Positions 1 through 13,520 of a stretch of 64,000 nt of DNA are shown piece after piece. The first letter of the stretch is position 1. Each line of letters starts with the position of its first letter. Source of the DNA: the human T2T-CHM13v2.0 reference genome, Homo sapiens; NCBI RefSeq assembly GCF_009914755.1, contig NC_060930.1; one strand, 5' to 3'. Below the pieces are notes generated by a model. It ran no database searches. It was not told where the DNA came from and worked only from the letters and a program-made list of their open reading frames with translations. The translations under genes were made by a program, and so were the position numbers.

Positions 1-1014
1 GAAAAAAAAAATGTTTACCTAAAGTTTGGGATAGATAAATCCAAGAACTATGTGGGACATTTTATAATTATGGGACCCTGGAGAAAAACTGTCACTGGCA
101 TGTGTTTCTGATATGAGGTCCTGACTTACATTGGCAGAACTAACACTACCCCTGTCTCACCAGGAACACTGAGGTTCATAGGGGGAAGCTGGTAGAAACA
201 GAAGCTGGGAAAGGAACGCTATCCAGAATACCTGCGGCTTCTACAGAAAGCATGTTTTCAGAGCTGATGAGAGAGAAAACAATATAAGCAGCACTCACGC
301 AGATCAAGCATGCTGTCATTTTAACAAAACATAAACTAGACTCTGCCTTGTAGAGTGGCAGTTTTTTCTTCACCCAAATATTAAATAGTGTGGCCAACTT
401 CAAATATTTAAATACTTCTGTCATCCCAACTGCTGGCTTTGAGTCATAGGAACCAATAAAGTAGGAAGTGCCACAAAGGTAAGCACCGTCAGATTTAAGG
501 CAGTGAGGGACAGGAACAGAAGGTTGCCAATGTCAAACAAATAACTTATAGTGAAAATGGACCAGAGAGGGGGCCTACCAAGGAAGAACTCACACTCCAA
601 GAGCTTGGTTCTTAGCAGAACAGGAAGAGGATGTCTTGTTTATGCAGCTATGTAAAGCCTCACTCCCTGCCCTCTCTGGACCTCTTACTGAGGGAGGGAG
701 TTAAGGGTTGAAAGTGAAGACAGCAGGGTGCTTATGCCATATTAGATCTCCATCAACATGCAACCCCAAAAGATCATAACTGTGAGAGCTTTGTAAATCA
801 ACTCTTAGGGTGCTTGCCCCAGGGCAAATAGCACAACAAATTAATCCTTTCTCCATGAAATGCAGCAAAGTTTGCATCTATGCTGAATTCAAATTGCTCA
901 TTAGCTCTGACATGTTCCTAATGAGGTTATAATGCTTTGGGACAAAGATCAAGCCACTGAGCACAAATAGCTAGGGATAGAATCATAGAAAGATAAAATT
1001 AGAAGGACCTTAGA

Positions 1015-1160
1015 GGAGTGCCTCTCAGACTTTAATACCAATCACCTGGGCATTGTAATTCAGGACATCTGGGGCCCAGTCTGAGAGTCTGCATTTCTAA
1101 AAAAAAACCCCTGGTGCTGCTGCTGCTGCTGGTCCATGGACAACATTTTGAGCAGCAAGA
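1015..1160. mobile_element. MER5-type hAT element
   Basis: ATCACCTGGG...TCTGCATTTCTAA...GCTGCTGGTCCATGGACAACATTTTGAG. Confidence 0.6.
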
Positions 1161-2931
1161 CCTTAGAGATCATCTAATTCAGTTGCCTCTCCTAGAGGTG
1201 AGCACATCAGGGCCAAGAGATTTATAACTGGAAGCACGCTGAGACTTCCAGGTGACTAATTAGGGTCAGTTGAGTATTTGTCCATAGACCTGTGAGTCAA
1301 CCTGAAAATTTTAAATAGAATCTAAGGAGTAGAGTGACCAATCAGCCTAGATGACTGAGGAAGTTTCCAGAACATGGAATTTGCCTTTTTAAAACAAGAA
1401 AAAAATCCAGGAAAACCAGGATAAGTTTTTCATCCTGCTAGACCCTTTTGAATCTACTTAGAACACAGTATCAGTATTACATTTTTCTTGACCTTGTCAG
1501 TCCCCAAGTGGTGGGATCATGACCTGCCAAGGCAAGTACCTTAATATCCTGTCCCAAAGATCTCAAAGAGCAAACGCTCAAACAAGTTTCAGGCACTACA
1601 GAGCCTTCTAACATCACATTGACAAGTGCCTCTCCAAGAGACAGCCTACCAGTAGATCTCAAAGTAAAGCATGATAAAGGACTATCAGGAACACGCAGAA
1701 ATAAATATTATAGAAGCATATAATGTTCCTTTTAAGTACACAAATCTATTTTCCTCATTTGATAAAATGCATATAAGAAATAAATCACTAATTTTTATAA
1801 CTCTCAAAACACTCATTTAAAACATCCTTGGTAAAAACACTAAAATAATAAAAATCAGGCTGCATCCCTGAGAATGAAGAAAAAGTCATGCTCTGCACAA
1901 TCAAAATGATTAGAAATAAAAATATATCCCTTCATATTATTATTTTACTCACTGGAATTGGGCTCATTAACGTTAGGTAGAATAATGAATGTCTAGAAAG
2001 CAAAAATGAAAAATTTCCAGACTATTCAGTGCTACCAGTGCATTGCTAAGGCTTCTAAAACAGAATGCCAAAGCACTGATTCCACATGCATTCAAAATAC
2101 AGAGTTAGTGCAATCCTAACCACAATGATTCTCACTCCCTGAAGTTTACTTGTTCAAGTAAGAGGCCAATGAGGTCTGACTGAATTACTTGACTTAATAC
2201 TCATGGAGTTAGGACACTTAAGACAAAGGAAGAAAATAAGTGTGGCTAAATATATACAATGCATTTGGAATAAGTAAAAGACAGAACCCTAGACATTCAG
2301 CAATCATTACCTGGAAATTAAAGAGGGCAGGAGCAATCCTATTATGCATTATAAACAGCCCCGCTGCTGACTTAATGGTAGTTTGAGTAGCATAACCAAG
2401 GAGTCCTTGCTCCAATATTAATAGGAAATGTATTGTAGGAATCCAATAGTTCATGAAATTAACAAGGAAAATGAACTGGAGTGAAGCAACCTTGCAAGTA
2501 ATAGGAGGCATCAGCAATTGCTTCCCCGGAGCATATTGAACACTTAAAAAGAGCTTGGGAAGAGTACATGTATATAAATGAGAATGGACATTTTTAGAAT
2601 TTTTTAATAATACTTTTAATTTAAATATATTTCAAACTCTCTGTTGGCTGTAAGTCTTTCTAAGAAGAAGTTATTAGCCCAAAATGTCAATGAGAGGTCA
2701 CAAGCTATGAGATCTGGTCCAAAGATATTGCTAGTTAGCTGCCATTTGAGTCAGCTTAAAACTACCATACACTCATGATTCAGCAGCTGTCAAAATTATT
2801 CCCATTTCACTTCTTTAGAGCTAAATACTTCAAATAATCTAGAAAACAATTTCCCTTCTATAAGCCTCAACAGCCAGAATAACAGATGCATGCCCATCAG
2901 CAAGCTAAAAAGTATAGTTAATTCCACTTAC

Positions 2932-3178
2932 AAACCAATAGACATACGATGAAAAAGAACACCTCCTCCACAGGCACTGCCATGGACAACCCGACCAAAG
3001 CTTGAATTGACCAAACAAGAAGCTGAAAGGGTTTCCATAGAAGCAAGAATGTGACTTCTGTTTTTCCCAGACAGAGACCCATCCAAGTCTTCCAAAATTG
3101 CTGCATGAGGAAATGGAAATGCCACTAAGTTTGAAGAGTTTGTAAACTTCAACTGGCTGGTCTTCACAGTAAATCCAC
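2932..3178 (-). CDS. PKHD1: PKHD1 exon 48 (247 nt): [37 protein letters not shown]...FHRMSIG
   Basis: Acceptor aatttatag|GT and donor TTT|gtaagt. Lies inside ORF 2928..3227. Phase 1-2. Confidence 0.97.
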
Positions 3179-3437
3179 CTATAAATTGGAAAACAGAAAG
3201 ATTATTACACAATGGCACAAATAGCAACTAAATTCACTGGAGTGATGGTCTTAGGATTTAAATTGCATATTTATCTAGTTTTACAATTCACCTATTCATG
3301 CAAGAAAAAAAGTGTTTTCTGTGGGTGTTTTACAGTGAGTGTTTACTGTCTACCAAGCTCTGGTGTGCTAGAGATACTAAGAGGTATAACTGCAGCATTG
3401 GCCCTACCTTCATGCAGTCTATAGTCCACATTGTAGG

Positions 3438-3656
3438 GCAGTGATTTTTCTATCATGGTTGATTTTACCTTCCAAGAGACATGGCACTATTTTCAATCAT
3501 TTTTGGCTGTCACAATTGGGGAGCTGGCAGTGCTACTGGCAGCTAGTAGGTAGAAACCAGAGATGCTGCTAAATATCCTACAATGCACAGGACAATCCCC
3601 ACAACAAAGAATTATCTCACCCAAAATGCCAATAGTGCCAAGGGTAAGAAACTCTG
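3438..3656. mobile_element. MER20 (hAT-Charlie)
   Basis: GCTACTGGCAGCTAGTAGGTAGAAACCAGAGATGCTGCTAAATATCCTACAATGCACAGGACA. Confidence 0.8.
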
Positions 3657-5573
3657 GTCTAGTGGGAAATAGAAGCAGAAAACATTAATTTATTAATTAC
3701 TAAGCACCAAAGATGCTATGGTTTAGTCTTCCAATCTTTCAGCTTTCATTCCTCTGTGGTGAGTCTAACCCCTCCAATACCTCTTACTATAAGGTTTATT
3801 TAAACATTTACTTTCAAAAGCAAACTCAATTAATCACTTGGGCAAATAGTATTAGTAATACACTTTCTAAGTATTAGCTGTAGGGCCACACTTCTTGGCA
3901 GTCTTTCCCCAACACCACTGCCATGTGACTCATTGGTACTATCAGTCCAATTGCCTAAAAGGAAAGTATGGCAGTGATCTTCTAATTCACACACCCATGT
4001 CATTAAAGGAAGAAAACTAAGTACACATCTCCCAGTACACATACTACCATACCATAATATATTATGTACATTATAAAATATAAAAAAAAGAAAAGAAAAT
4101 GAAAAAGATACAAATAGAGGCTCTAATGTTTTCATTCTGCAGCCCAATAGAGTACATGCAGTGAATTAATTCATACATGAAAGGCTACACAATTGCACCT
4201 CTTGCAACTTCTGTATTTCATTTGATACCACAAACCACCTGCAGCTCTACATTTCAGTCATACTGGACTTCTTTGTGCTTTCCCAAGCACAACTTACTTC
4301 TTGGATTCTATTTTTTGTGTGTATACTGTTCCTAGAAATTCTTCCTTGCATATACCTTCTTGCAAACTTCTATTCACCTTCCTAAACCCTACTCAAGAAT
4401 AACCTCTATGAGCTCTTGCCTGACCCCCTTCCTTGGCCCCTTCACTGACTTTGTTGAGTCCTCTATTACTGCGTTCATCATGCTCTCTTACAATAATAGG
4501 CTTGGACATTTATTTTAGTGCCTAGATCAAGAGTTCCTGGAGGACAGAAACTATGTGTTTTTTATATTTGTACCCCCTAGGTCCTTAAGCAGAGCCTGAA
4601 ATAGATGGTATTTAAGCAAATGAAAAGAGGGGTTAGCCAATACTATTCAGTGAAAAGGGATTAGAGTTCATAGGAGTAGTGTGATTTTTTTTCACTGTCT
4701 CATGAATGATATGAAATAGTCAAGATATTAAAGAATTGAGGAATTGCGATTGCAAGCACTTGTTATGAGGCATTTTTATTTCTATTATTATTTCTACAAT
4801 CCTAAACTCAGATGCCACCCAAATAAAAACAATCTTTCATTCTGCCTACATAGGAAAAAAAAAGTAAAGTGGAGACTTGTTGATTATTCATTTAATTAAA
4901 AAAACAAACAATTATCTAAATTAGTGATTCAAACCACAAGAGCATATTTACTTAAATTACTTGGTTTGGCTGTTTACGATGATCAAATCAACTAGATTAC
5001 TCTCTACCTCTTTCACCTTGGCCCATGAGTCCTCCAAGTTATTTCTTACCACCTCTGAGATGTGGTTAAAAAGTGAGCAAGAACTCCTATGTTTCCCTTT
5101 GTGCATACATCAAGCCCTGGACTGTTGAAAACATTAAGTACCTGAACTTTGGCTCCTTCAGGAAAGGCTGTATGCATGTTAGTTTATACCAGGTATCTAC
5201 CCATCTAACTCCATTCTTTCATTTAATCAATAAACTGCCTACTAGGCATCTGGCTCTGTGCTAGCTACTAATAATTAAAACTCTGAGCAAGAAATACATG
5301 ATCTCTGCCTTTATGAAGGTCAGAGTCCAGCAGAGACATAGGACCATAATGATAGAATGTGATAGGCACCATAATAGGAGCAGGACAGGGAGCTGCAGAA
5401 GCTGTACTGGGAGAACCTCCAGGATGTCTTTTAGGAGATTTAAGCAACAGTTTCTACTGATGCAATCTTATAACTGAAAGAGATAATGATTCACAAAGTA
5501 TTTGCCACTATTTATAATACTGACTTGAATATTGGCCTTATTTATCATCTGTTCTGTCTATTCAAATAATTAC

Positions 5574-5709
5574 CTTGTCCTTGGGAACAGTCTGAACAGG
5601 TTCTAATGGCCACACAGTTGATGAGATCAAAATTAACAAAGGTTGTGTTAGACACCATCAGTTCCCATCTTTTAGGAGTTTTAATCCCAGATGACATACA
5701 CAGACTTCC
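5574..5709 (-). CDS. PKHD1: PKHD1 exon 47 (136 nt): [45 protein letters not shown]
   Basis: Acceptor aatcacag|GGA and donor AAG|gtaatt. Lies inside ORF 5545..5841. Phase 0-1. Confidence 0.96.
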
Positions 5710-5799
5710 CTGTGATTTAAAAGAAAAAAAGATGAAAGCAAAATAAGAAAACTGGACACATGAAATACAATTCATAATGCATGAATAAAAACAAAGATA

Positions 5800-6770
5800 A
5801 AAAAGCGAGCTATTGACTAAGAGAAAATATTTGCCAATCACACATATGACAAAGGACCTATATCCAGAATATAGAAAGAACTCTCAGGTTTCAACAGCAA
5901 GAAAATAGACAACGCAATTCAAAAATCAGGAAAAAAAAACCTTCAAAAGATAACCCAGAAAAGAAAATATACAGATAGCAAATAAGCACAGAAAAAAAAA
6001 ATGTTCAACATCATTATTCACTAGGGAAATGCAAATTAAGATCACACTAAAATATACTATGCACCTATTGAATGAATAAATAAAAATACAGTGACAATAG
6101 TAAGTGCTGATGAGGATGAGAAAGAATTAAAACTCTCCTGTTTCTAGTGGAATGCAAAATGAGACAGCCACTGTGGAAAACTTTGGCAGTTTCTTATAAA
6201 GTTAAATATGCCCTTATCATATGACCTAGCAATTCAACTCCTAGGTATTTACCTTGGAGAAATGAAAACTTACATTTATATAAAAACCTGAGACAAATGT
6301 TCATAACAGTTCCATTTATAATCACCAAATATGGAAACAAGTCAAGTGCACCTCAATAAATGAATGGATTAACAAACTGCATTACATCTATCTAATGGAA
6401 TACTATTCGTCGATAATAAGGAATGTAATATTGATATGTGCAACAACTTAGATGAATCCCAATGGCATTCAGGAGTGAAGGAAGCCAGTCTCAAAAGGTT
6501 ACATACTATATGACTCCATTTATATGACTGTTGAAAAGGCAAAACTGTAGTGACAGAGAATATATTAGTGATTGCCAGTGGTTTAAAGCAAGAGGAGGCT
6601 GTGGCTACAAAGATGGAGCAAGGAACTGGGGTGGATGCAACTGTTCTGTGTCTTGATTGTCGTGGTGGTTGTTACACAAATGTGTACATGTGTTAAAGCT
6701 CATAGAACTGTACATCAAAAAGTCAGTTTTGCTGTATATTAATATATTTTAAAAACTTTAACAAAAAGTC
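5800..6770 (+). mobile_element. Ancient L1M (MC/MD/ME-like) ORF2 end and 3'UTR
   Basis: Recognisable motifs GAGAAAATATTTGC, GAAATGCAAATTAA, CCTAGGTATTTACC and ATGGAATACTATTC. Boundaries approximate. Confidence 0.7.
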
Positions 6771-7471
6771 TGAAAAGAAAGAAACAATAAGTGTTTTCAT
6801 GATTTTCCACAAAATCTCTTTGACAAACACTATCCAATCAAGCTGCTAGTGCCTCACTGTTCCATTGTTAAAAATAGTCTTACATTTGAGGATTACCAGA
6901 ATTTTTGCAATCACTCCCAACATGAAAAATGATGAAACAATAAACAAATAGCAGAAAAGAAACTCAGTGGACACAAAGCTAGTCTAGAAATCAGAAGAAA
7001 ACAAAAACTATAATTAATGGCCTTGGAGAAATAAGTATATTATATCCATGAAACAAATAGAAGCCTAAAATATTATTTTTAGAAAAAAAGGAAATAGGAG
7101 AGTAGAAAAAAGGAATTCAATATCATAGAAAGTAGAACAAAAAGACAAAGAGATGGAAAATCAGTAAGAACATTAAGATGAGAAAAACATTCCAGGAGGC
7201 CCAATATTTAAATAATCATAGCTTTAAGGAAAAGAGGAAAACATAGGGGAAAGAATTATCAAAGAAATAATTGAAGAAAACTGTGCAGAAGGAAAGGATA
7301 TAATTTTCCAGACTGAAAAGTCCCACTCAGTATCTAGCACAATGTTTAGAAAAAGAGCCACAGCAAAGTGCATCATATTGAAATTGCAAAACACCAGGGA
7401 CAAGGACAAGTTCCTAAGAGCTTTCAGAGAGAAAAAAAATAAGTTACATACAAAAATCCTGGAATCTGAGT

Positions 7472-7766
7472 TTTTGTTTTTTGGTTTTTTTTTTGAGACA
7501 GAATCTCACTCTGTTGCACAGTCTGCAGTGCAGTGGCATGATCTCGGCTCACTGCAACCTCTGCTTCCTGGGTTGAAGTGATTCTCCTACTTCAGCCTCC
7601 CGAGTAGCTGGGACTACAGGTGCTTGCCACCACATCTGGCTAATTTTTGTACTTTTAGTAGAGACAGGGTTTTGCCATGTTGGCCAGGCAGGTCTCCAAC
7701 CCCTGACCTCAGGTGATCTGCACACCTCGGCCTCCCAAACTGCTGGGATTACAGGTGTGAGCCACT
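7472..7766 (-). mobile_element. AluS (Sx/Sz-like), about 10 nt 5'-truncated
   Basis: Dimeric Alu with tail. TSD GAATCTGAGT at 7462-7471 and 7767-7776. Confidence 0.92.
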
Positions 7767-8498
7767 GAATCTGAGTATCTTAAAACTATTCAGCCTCAAG
7801 ACCAGAAGGAGCTACAAGATGATGGAATATTGCCTTCAAAATTTCAATGCAAAATGAACTTCAACCTGGTATCCTGTAACCAACAATCTACTAATAAAGG
7901 GGTCTCCATATATAGCTCAGAACTTTCACCTTCCATCGTTTCCTTTTTTTTTTTTTTTTTTTTTTTTTCCAGAAAGTTACCTTAGGGTATGTTCAAACAA
8001 AATGAGGAATTAAGCCAGAAAAGAAGAAGATGTACGAATCAGAAACAAGAGTTCCAATACTAGACAGACATGAAGGAAATCTCCAGGATAATGTTCAAGG
8101 GAGATTCTAAGATGGAGCTTTGAAACCCTTCTTATACATTGCTGGTGTAAGCATAAACTCTGGATTGTTGCTTGGCATTATCCACTAAAGTTACACGATG
8201 ATCCAGCAATTTTACAACTTGGCTTATATTCAACAGAAATGCATGCACATGAAGACCATAAGGCATATAGAATAATCTTATAGCATTATTATTTGTAAAT
8301 AACCAAACTTACAAATGATGAAAACAACCAGGTACAATAAGTTACATGCTTTATGATTCCATTTAGACCAACTTAAAAAACAGGAGAAATTAATCTATAT
8401 CGATAGAAGGCTGAATAATGCTTGCCCTTTGGCTAGGGCGTGCGGAGTGGGGTTGAATGGGGGGACAAGAAGAGGCTTTAGAGGAGCTGATAATGTTC

Positions 8499-8548
8499 AT
8501 TTATTTATTATTAGTTTTTATTTTTTAGAGACAGGATCTTGCTCTGGC
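8499..8548 (-). mobile_element. Severely 5'-truncated Alu stub inside an old L1
   Basis: T-rich tail plus AGAGACAGGATCTTGCTCTG, flanked by repeated AATGTTC. Confidence 0.55.
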
Positions 8549-9714
8549 AATGTTCTATTTCTTGTTCTTAGTTGTATACATATACATGGTTGGTTTGCTT
8601 TGTAAAAATCCACTGAGCTATTCCCCTGTGATTTGTGCACATTTCTCCATAAATGTTATATTTCCATGAAACATTTACCTTAAAAAGTAGAACAAATACT
8701 AGAGAAAGGTAACATAGAAGATGAGAGGGTAAGGAAAGAAGCTAAAGGAGTTTAATGTCCTTGCATTACTTATGTAAAGTTTAACAGTGCTGATGTAATT
8801 TAGACTTTGTTAAGACAAGCAGGCACATTAAAAACTTAAGGCCAATAGCTAAAATAATCATAACAGAATGGATAACTTTCAAATGAGTAAATATAAAAAT
8901 ATGCAACACAAGACAAATCAAAATAGAAAAGAAGAAAAAAACAGAAACCAAAAACGGATTGCAAATTGAAAGTGCAAAATAAGATGGTAGAAATAAATGC
9001 AAATATATGGGAGACATCAGCATGTGGAAGGTAATTGAAACCACTAGAGAAAATGAGATTTCTCCCAGGGAGAGCTAGTATATTGAGAAGAAAAGGGGCC
9101 CTACAACAGAATTTAGGGAAACAAAAAGATGAAAGGTCTAAATTGAAGAAGACAAATCCACAAGTGAAAATGGGAAATCACCCCTAGAGAAATAGGAGGA
9201 AGAATGAAGCAACTCCATCAGCATCTGTCTGAATACGGTATTTTTTAAAGTAACATCATCTGCTCAAATTAATTACAATAACAACGAAGACAGCCATCCT
9301 ACAGATACTTCGATAAGTAGGGTGACCGTAATTTAAATTAAAATTAGACATTTTTTTAGTGTGAAAGGGTATGTTAATTAGACAGAATGCTGGGACAATA
9401 GGTATAAACAAACTACGCACCCAAACTAGGATATATCGTCATGCTATATAGCACATGTCTTTCTTGTATATTTAAGTCATTCGTACTGAAAATTATTCTA
9501 TTCATCTCAATACAAAGGTAACATTGGCTGTGAGAGTACCAACACACGTACAGGTATGCTTAAAGGAAAAAAATTCCTTCTGATGATAAAAAGTTCTTCC
9601 AGAAAGTAATGTTTATTTTAGGATGTGACTCACAGATAATTGTATGCCACCAATTATATATGAGTGGAAAGTCTAACAATGGACAGGCCAAATTCTTTAA
9701 AAGTCTTAATTCCT

Positions 9715-10054
<340 letters not shown>

Positions 10055-11471
10055 CTAAAATCAGAGTCCCATAACCACAGAGGTCAGGAACCCTCTTTTT
10101 CTTTCTTTTTTTTTTTTTTTTTTCTTTTTTTGGAACAACTGACACCTGGCAACATAGTGGTTCCCAAATAAATCTGAAAAATACTGTGCTAAGTAAAGAT
10201 TAATAGATTTTTTTTTGCTTGTTCACTTTAATGCTAGAATTTCTCAGAGCCTTTAGTGTATTTTTTCAATGAATTTTATTCTGTATATTTGAGATTTACA
10301 ACATATTACAGGGTACACATAGATTATAGTGAAGCAAATCAACATATCTATTATCTCACAGTTACTTTTCTGTGACAAGAGCAGCCAAAATCCACTTATT
10401 TAACAAAATTCCCTGACACAATACAATTTTATTATCTCTAATGCTTATGTTGTACATTACATCTCTGGATTTGTTGGAGATTTTGGGAAATAGAGGGTAC
10501 GGTAAACAGCACCGTATAAATATAATTATAACCAAATAATCTTCTCTTTCCAGACACTATCTAAGGGCTAGCTTTTCATGAAAAACACTTCAGGGAACAT
10601 TGGTATGAACACTAATAAATGTCCTTTGCCAAAGCCATTTTCCATGTGCAATTGAAGAATATTTGACCAGGAGTGGGAGGATATCAGGGTGGTCCTAGCT
10701 CCACAATACTAGGCATGAACCTTAAACTGCCATTCAAGTTTCCAAGCCTCCATTTTCCCCTAAGTTCAAGAAGTTAACCAGATCATCTCTTAGGTAATAG
10801 TTGGCTCTTTAATTATGTGGTTTTATGATTTGGATAACTAACCAGCATCTAGACATCCCCTAGAACAAAACTGTTTAACATTTTCCACCAGGGGACTCTT
10901 GTCCTGCACTTACTTAAGAGACTGAAAGGCCCTCAGCTGTACTACATTCCTAGTGAATTACACCCCAAGGGTGTGATTATTTTTGATTACCTCATGATAG
11001 GCACCCTTTTGTCATAATTTACATCTTAATTTTTGTCACTTTCCCATTAATTATGATGTCTATTTAACATCAATTAAGATACTGCAACATTAATTTACCA
11101 AGACAGTTACTCAGTTTGCTGGGAATTTTGTTTTTAACATCTACTCTAAGGTTATTTCTGGAAAAGTTAAGGACCTCTGATGTACCACAGCATCACAGAA
11201 TCTAAATCTGGGTACCATCCTCTCTTGAAAACTACACAGTCTGAAAGGAAGAATCATCTCTCAAGGTGGTAATCCTTTTAGAGGGAAAAAAAAACTGGCA
11301 CTTATTTATCTCCTGAAAAGTATAGTTCAAAGGAGATTTTACTAAGAAAAGTTGAGAGTTAAATCCAGGAAAATGTAGCTCAATAAGAAAATGACTTTTA
11401 AAATCTTCACATTTTTATCTATAGCTGTGAAATAAATAATCTTCAATGGAAGTATAAGAATCAAAACTTAT

Positions 11472-11587
11472 CATTTAAATTTCAATTGAACTAAGCACTC
11501 AGGAACAAACTGAAGAGAATATTCTTCCTTGGCTCCCAATAAATCTATGATTTCCATAATGATGTGATGACTAGTATGAATGTAGTT
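11472..11587 (-). other. PKHD1: Latent 116-nt pseudoexon in PKHD1 intron 46, normally unused
   Basis: Acceptor tgttcttgtttttattag|AAC. The 3' end reads ATG|ataagt, one base from gtaagt. That base (11471) is exactly intron position +653, matching the recalled c.7350+653A>G allele. Confidence 0.88.
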
Positions 11588-12123
11588 CTAATAAAAACAA
11601 GAACATAGGGGATCCATTATAGACCTGAAGCCTAAGAGACCAATGGCAGCCAGGAACCCCCACTTAGGAACTAGTGCTTCCCACCCGGGAGTACTCTTTG
11701 CCCCATCTGCATCCTTGTACCCTGAGAAGTCATCTAGAGTCTGATTTTTATCATGCGGAAATCCATACTTAGGCACATATTAGTGAATCACATACAAAAT
11801 AACGAACTAGGCAAATTTCTACTTCATGATTTGACCTCTTACTATGAGTAATAATTCTAAATTGCAACCAAATAAAATTCTGTCAGCTACTTATGACTTC
11901 TGTGATTTATCTGTACTCATAACACTAAAGCACTGTGTATATATGAGTTCTATTATCAATATCACCACTATTACAAATAAAAAGGTCTTTTAACTTTTAC
12001 TAATTAAATATGAGATTCACTAAAGAATGCTATTAAAATTGCATATCCTGGATCATCAGGGGGCCCAGCACATGTAATTTTGTTGTGATTGACAGCCTAA
12101 AACAACCACACTAAGGCACTTAC

Positions 12124-12258
12124 CTTGTGGGCAAAATGACCAAGTAATAAGCTGTCAGTAACTGAAGTATTTGCATCACTTTCCAAGACGTCAATTCCAA
12201 AATCTCTGCATGAATAAACTTTGAAGTTTTTCAGGCGAAGATTGCTACTTCTAAAAAT
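12124..12258 (-). CDS. PKHD1: PKHD1 exon 46 (135 nt): [45 protein letters not shown]
   Basis: Acceptor attttatag|ATT and donor AAG|gtaagt. Phase 0-0. Confidence 0.96.
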
Positions 12259-12792
12259 CTATAAAATACAGCATGTTACAGCAAAGGTCTGAGGCTTGGT
12301 TTTTCTTGCGGACTTCCTGTAGCTTTTAAAATTATTGATTAAGTAGAAAGAAGCATGCTATATTGTATTAAAGCACCTTTTGTCCATCAATGTCAGTATA
12401 GGCATCCTCAAGTTGCTGTGAGGTCAGCACTAATGAGTCTCCTTTGGTAACACCCCTTTGTACTTTTCATTTCTCCTCATAATAACCAATACATTAAAAA
12501 GATCAATATGAATTCTCCACATATCTAAAATAAACTTGGAGTGGCCAAATCACACAAAGGTAACAGAGAAAAACATTGCATCCAAGAACTCTAGTGCTTA
12601 ACATTTTCTTCAATGTATTATATATTAACTCATACTGTCAGAAGATTGCAAATATGAAATAAGCAGCTCAGCATGACTACAGAGTCACTGTTTGTAATTT
12701 CAACATAAGTTATGTACATATATGTTTATGATAACCCAAACAGGGGTCATATAATAACAAAATTAGCTTGGTAGAGTTGTAAGTCTCCTACT

Positions 12793-13115
12793 TGCTATGG
12801 TTTAAGCCTGTCCCCGAAAAAGCATGTTTTGGAAGCTTAATCCCTGATATAACAGTGTTAGGAGGTGTGTAGGTTATGAATGGATTAGTGCTGATTACAA
12901 AAAAAACTTGGGGCTGTGAGTTCTATCACTTGCTCCTTCTTTGACTTCTTTGCCCTTCTGCTATAGACTGATGCAGCAAGAAGGTCCTCAGAAGATGCTG
13001 GCCTCTCAATCTTGGACTTCCAAGCCTCCAGAATCATGAGCTAATAAATTTCTGTTTATTATAATTTTCCCAAATTTTATTATTCTGTTATAGCAGCACA
13101 AAAGGGACTAAGACA
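12793..13115 (+). mobile_element. MaLR solo LTR (MSTD/MLT1A-like)
   Basis: TGCTATGGTTT...AATAAATTTCTG...GTTATAGCAGCACAAAAGGGACTAAGACA. Confidence 0.75.
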
Positions 13116-13134
13116 CCACTGGTCTGGGAGACAG

Positions 13135-13520
13135 AGTTGTGCTTATGTTTATGTCTTTGACCAATTTTTTGCTAATTTTATTTATTATTAATACATAATG
13201 ACTCATTTGAAGTTAATTTTTGTAAGTAGCATAAATTAAGGTAGGATACAACTTAATTCTTTTGTGTGTGACCATCTAGTTATACAAGCACCATTTGTTG
13301 AAAAGACTATATTTCCCACATTGAATGGTCTTGGCATCCTTTGTCAAAAATCATTTGTTTATAGATATATGGGTTTATCTCCGGACTCTCACTTCTATTT
13401 CATTGACATATATATCTATCTTTGTGCCCATATACCACACTGTCTTGATTATTGTTGCTTTGTAGCAAGTTTTAAAATAGGGAAGGATAAATCCTCTTAC
13501 TTCATTCTTCTTTTTTGGTA
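13135..13520 (-). mobile_element. L1MB/MC ORF2 fragment
   Basis: CAAGCACCATTTGTTGAAAAGACT...TACCACACTGTCTTGATTA. Approximate. Confidence 0.65.

Larger units (their letters stand above)
6900..9010 (+). mobile_element. Degenerate L1M fragments interrupted by Alus
   Basis: A-rich ORF1-like remnant (ORF 7342: [26 protein letters not shown]) and an L1ME-like 3' end at about 8120-8690. Approximate. Confidence 0.55.

Noticed and set aside
176-424. 82-aa minus-strand ORF as the next PKHD1 exon
   Set aside because: It does not resemble the fibrocystin sequence expected after exon 48 and has no convincing splice sites. Exon 49 should lie outside the window.
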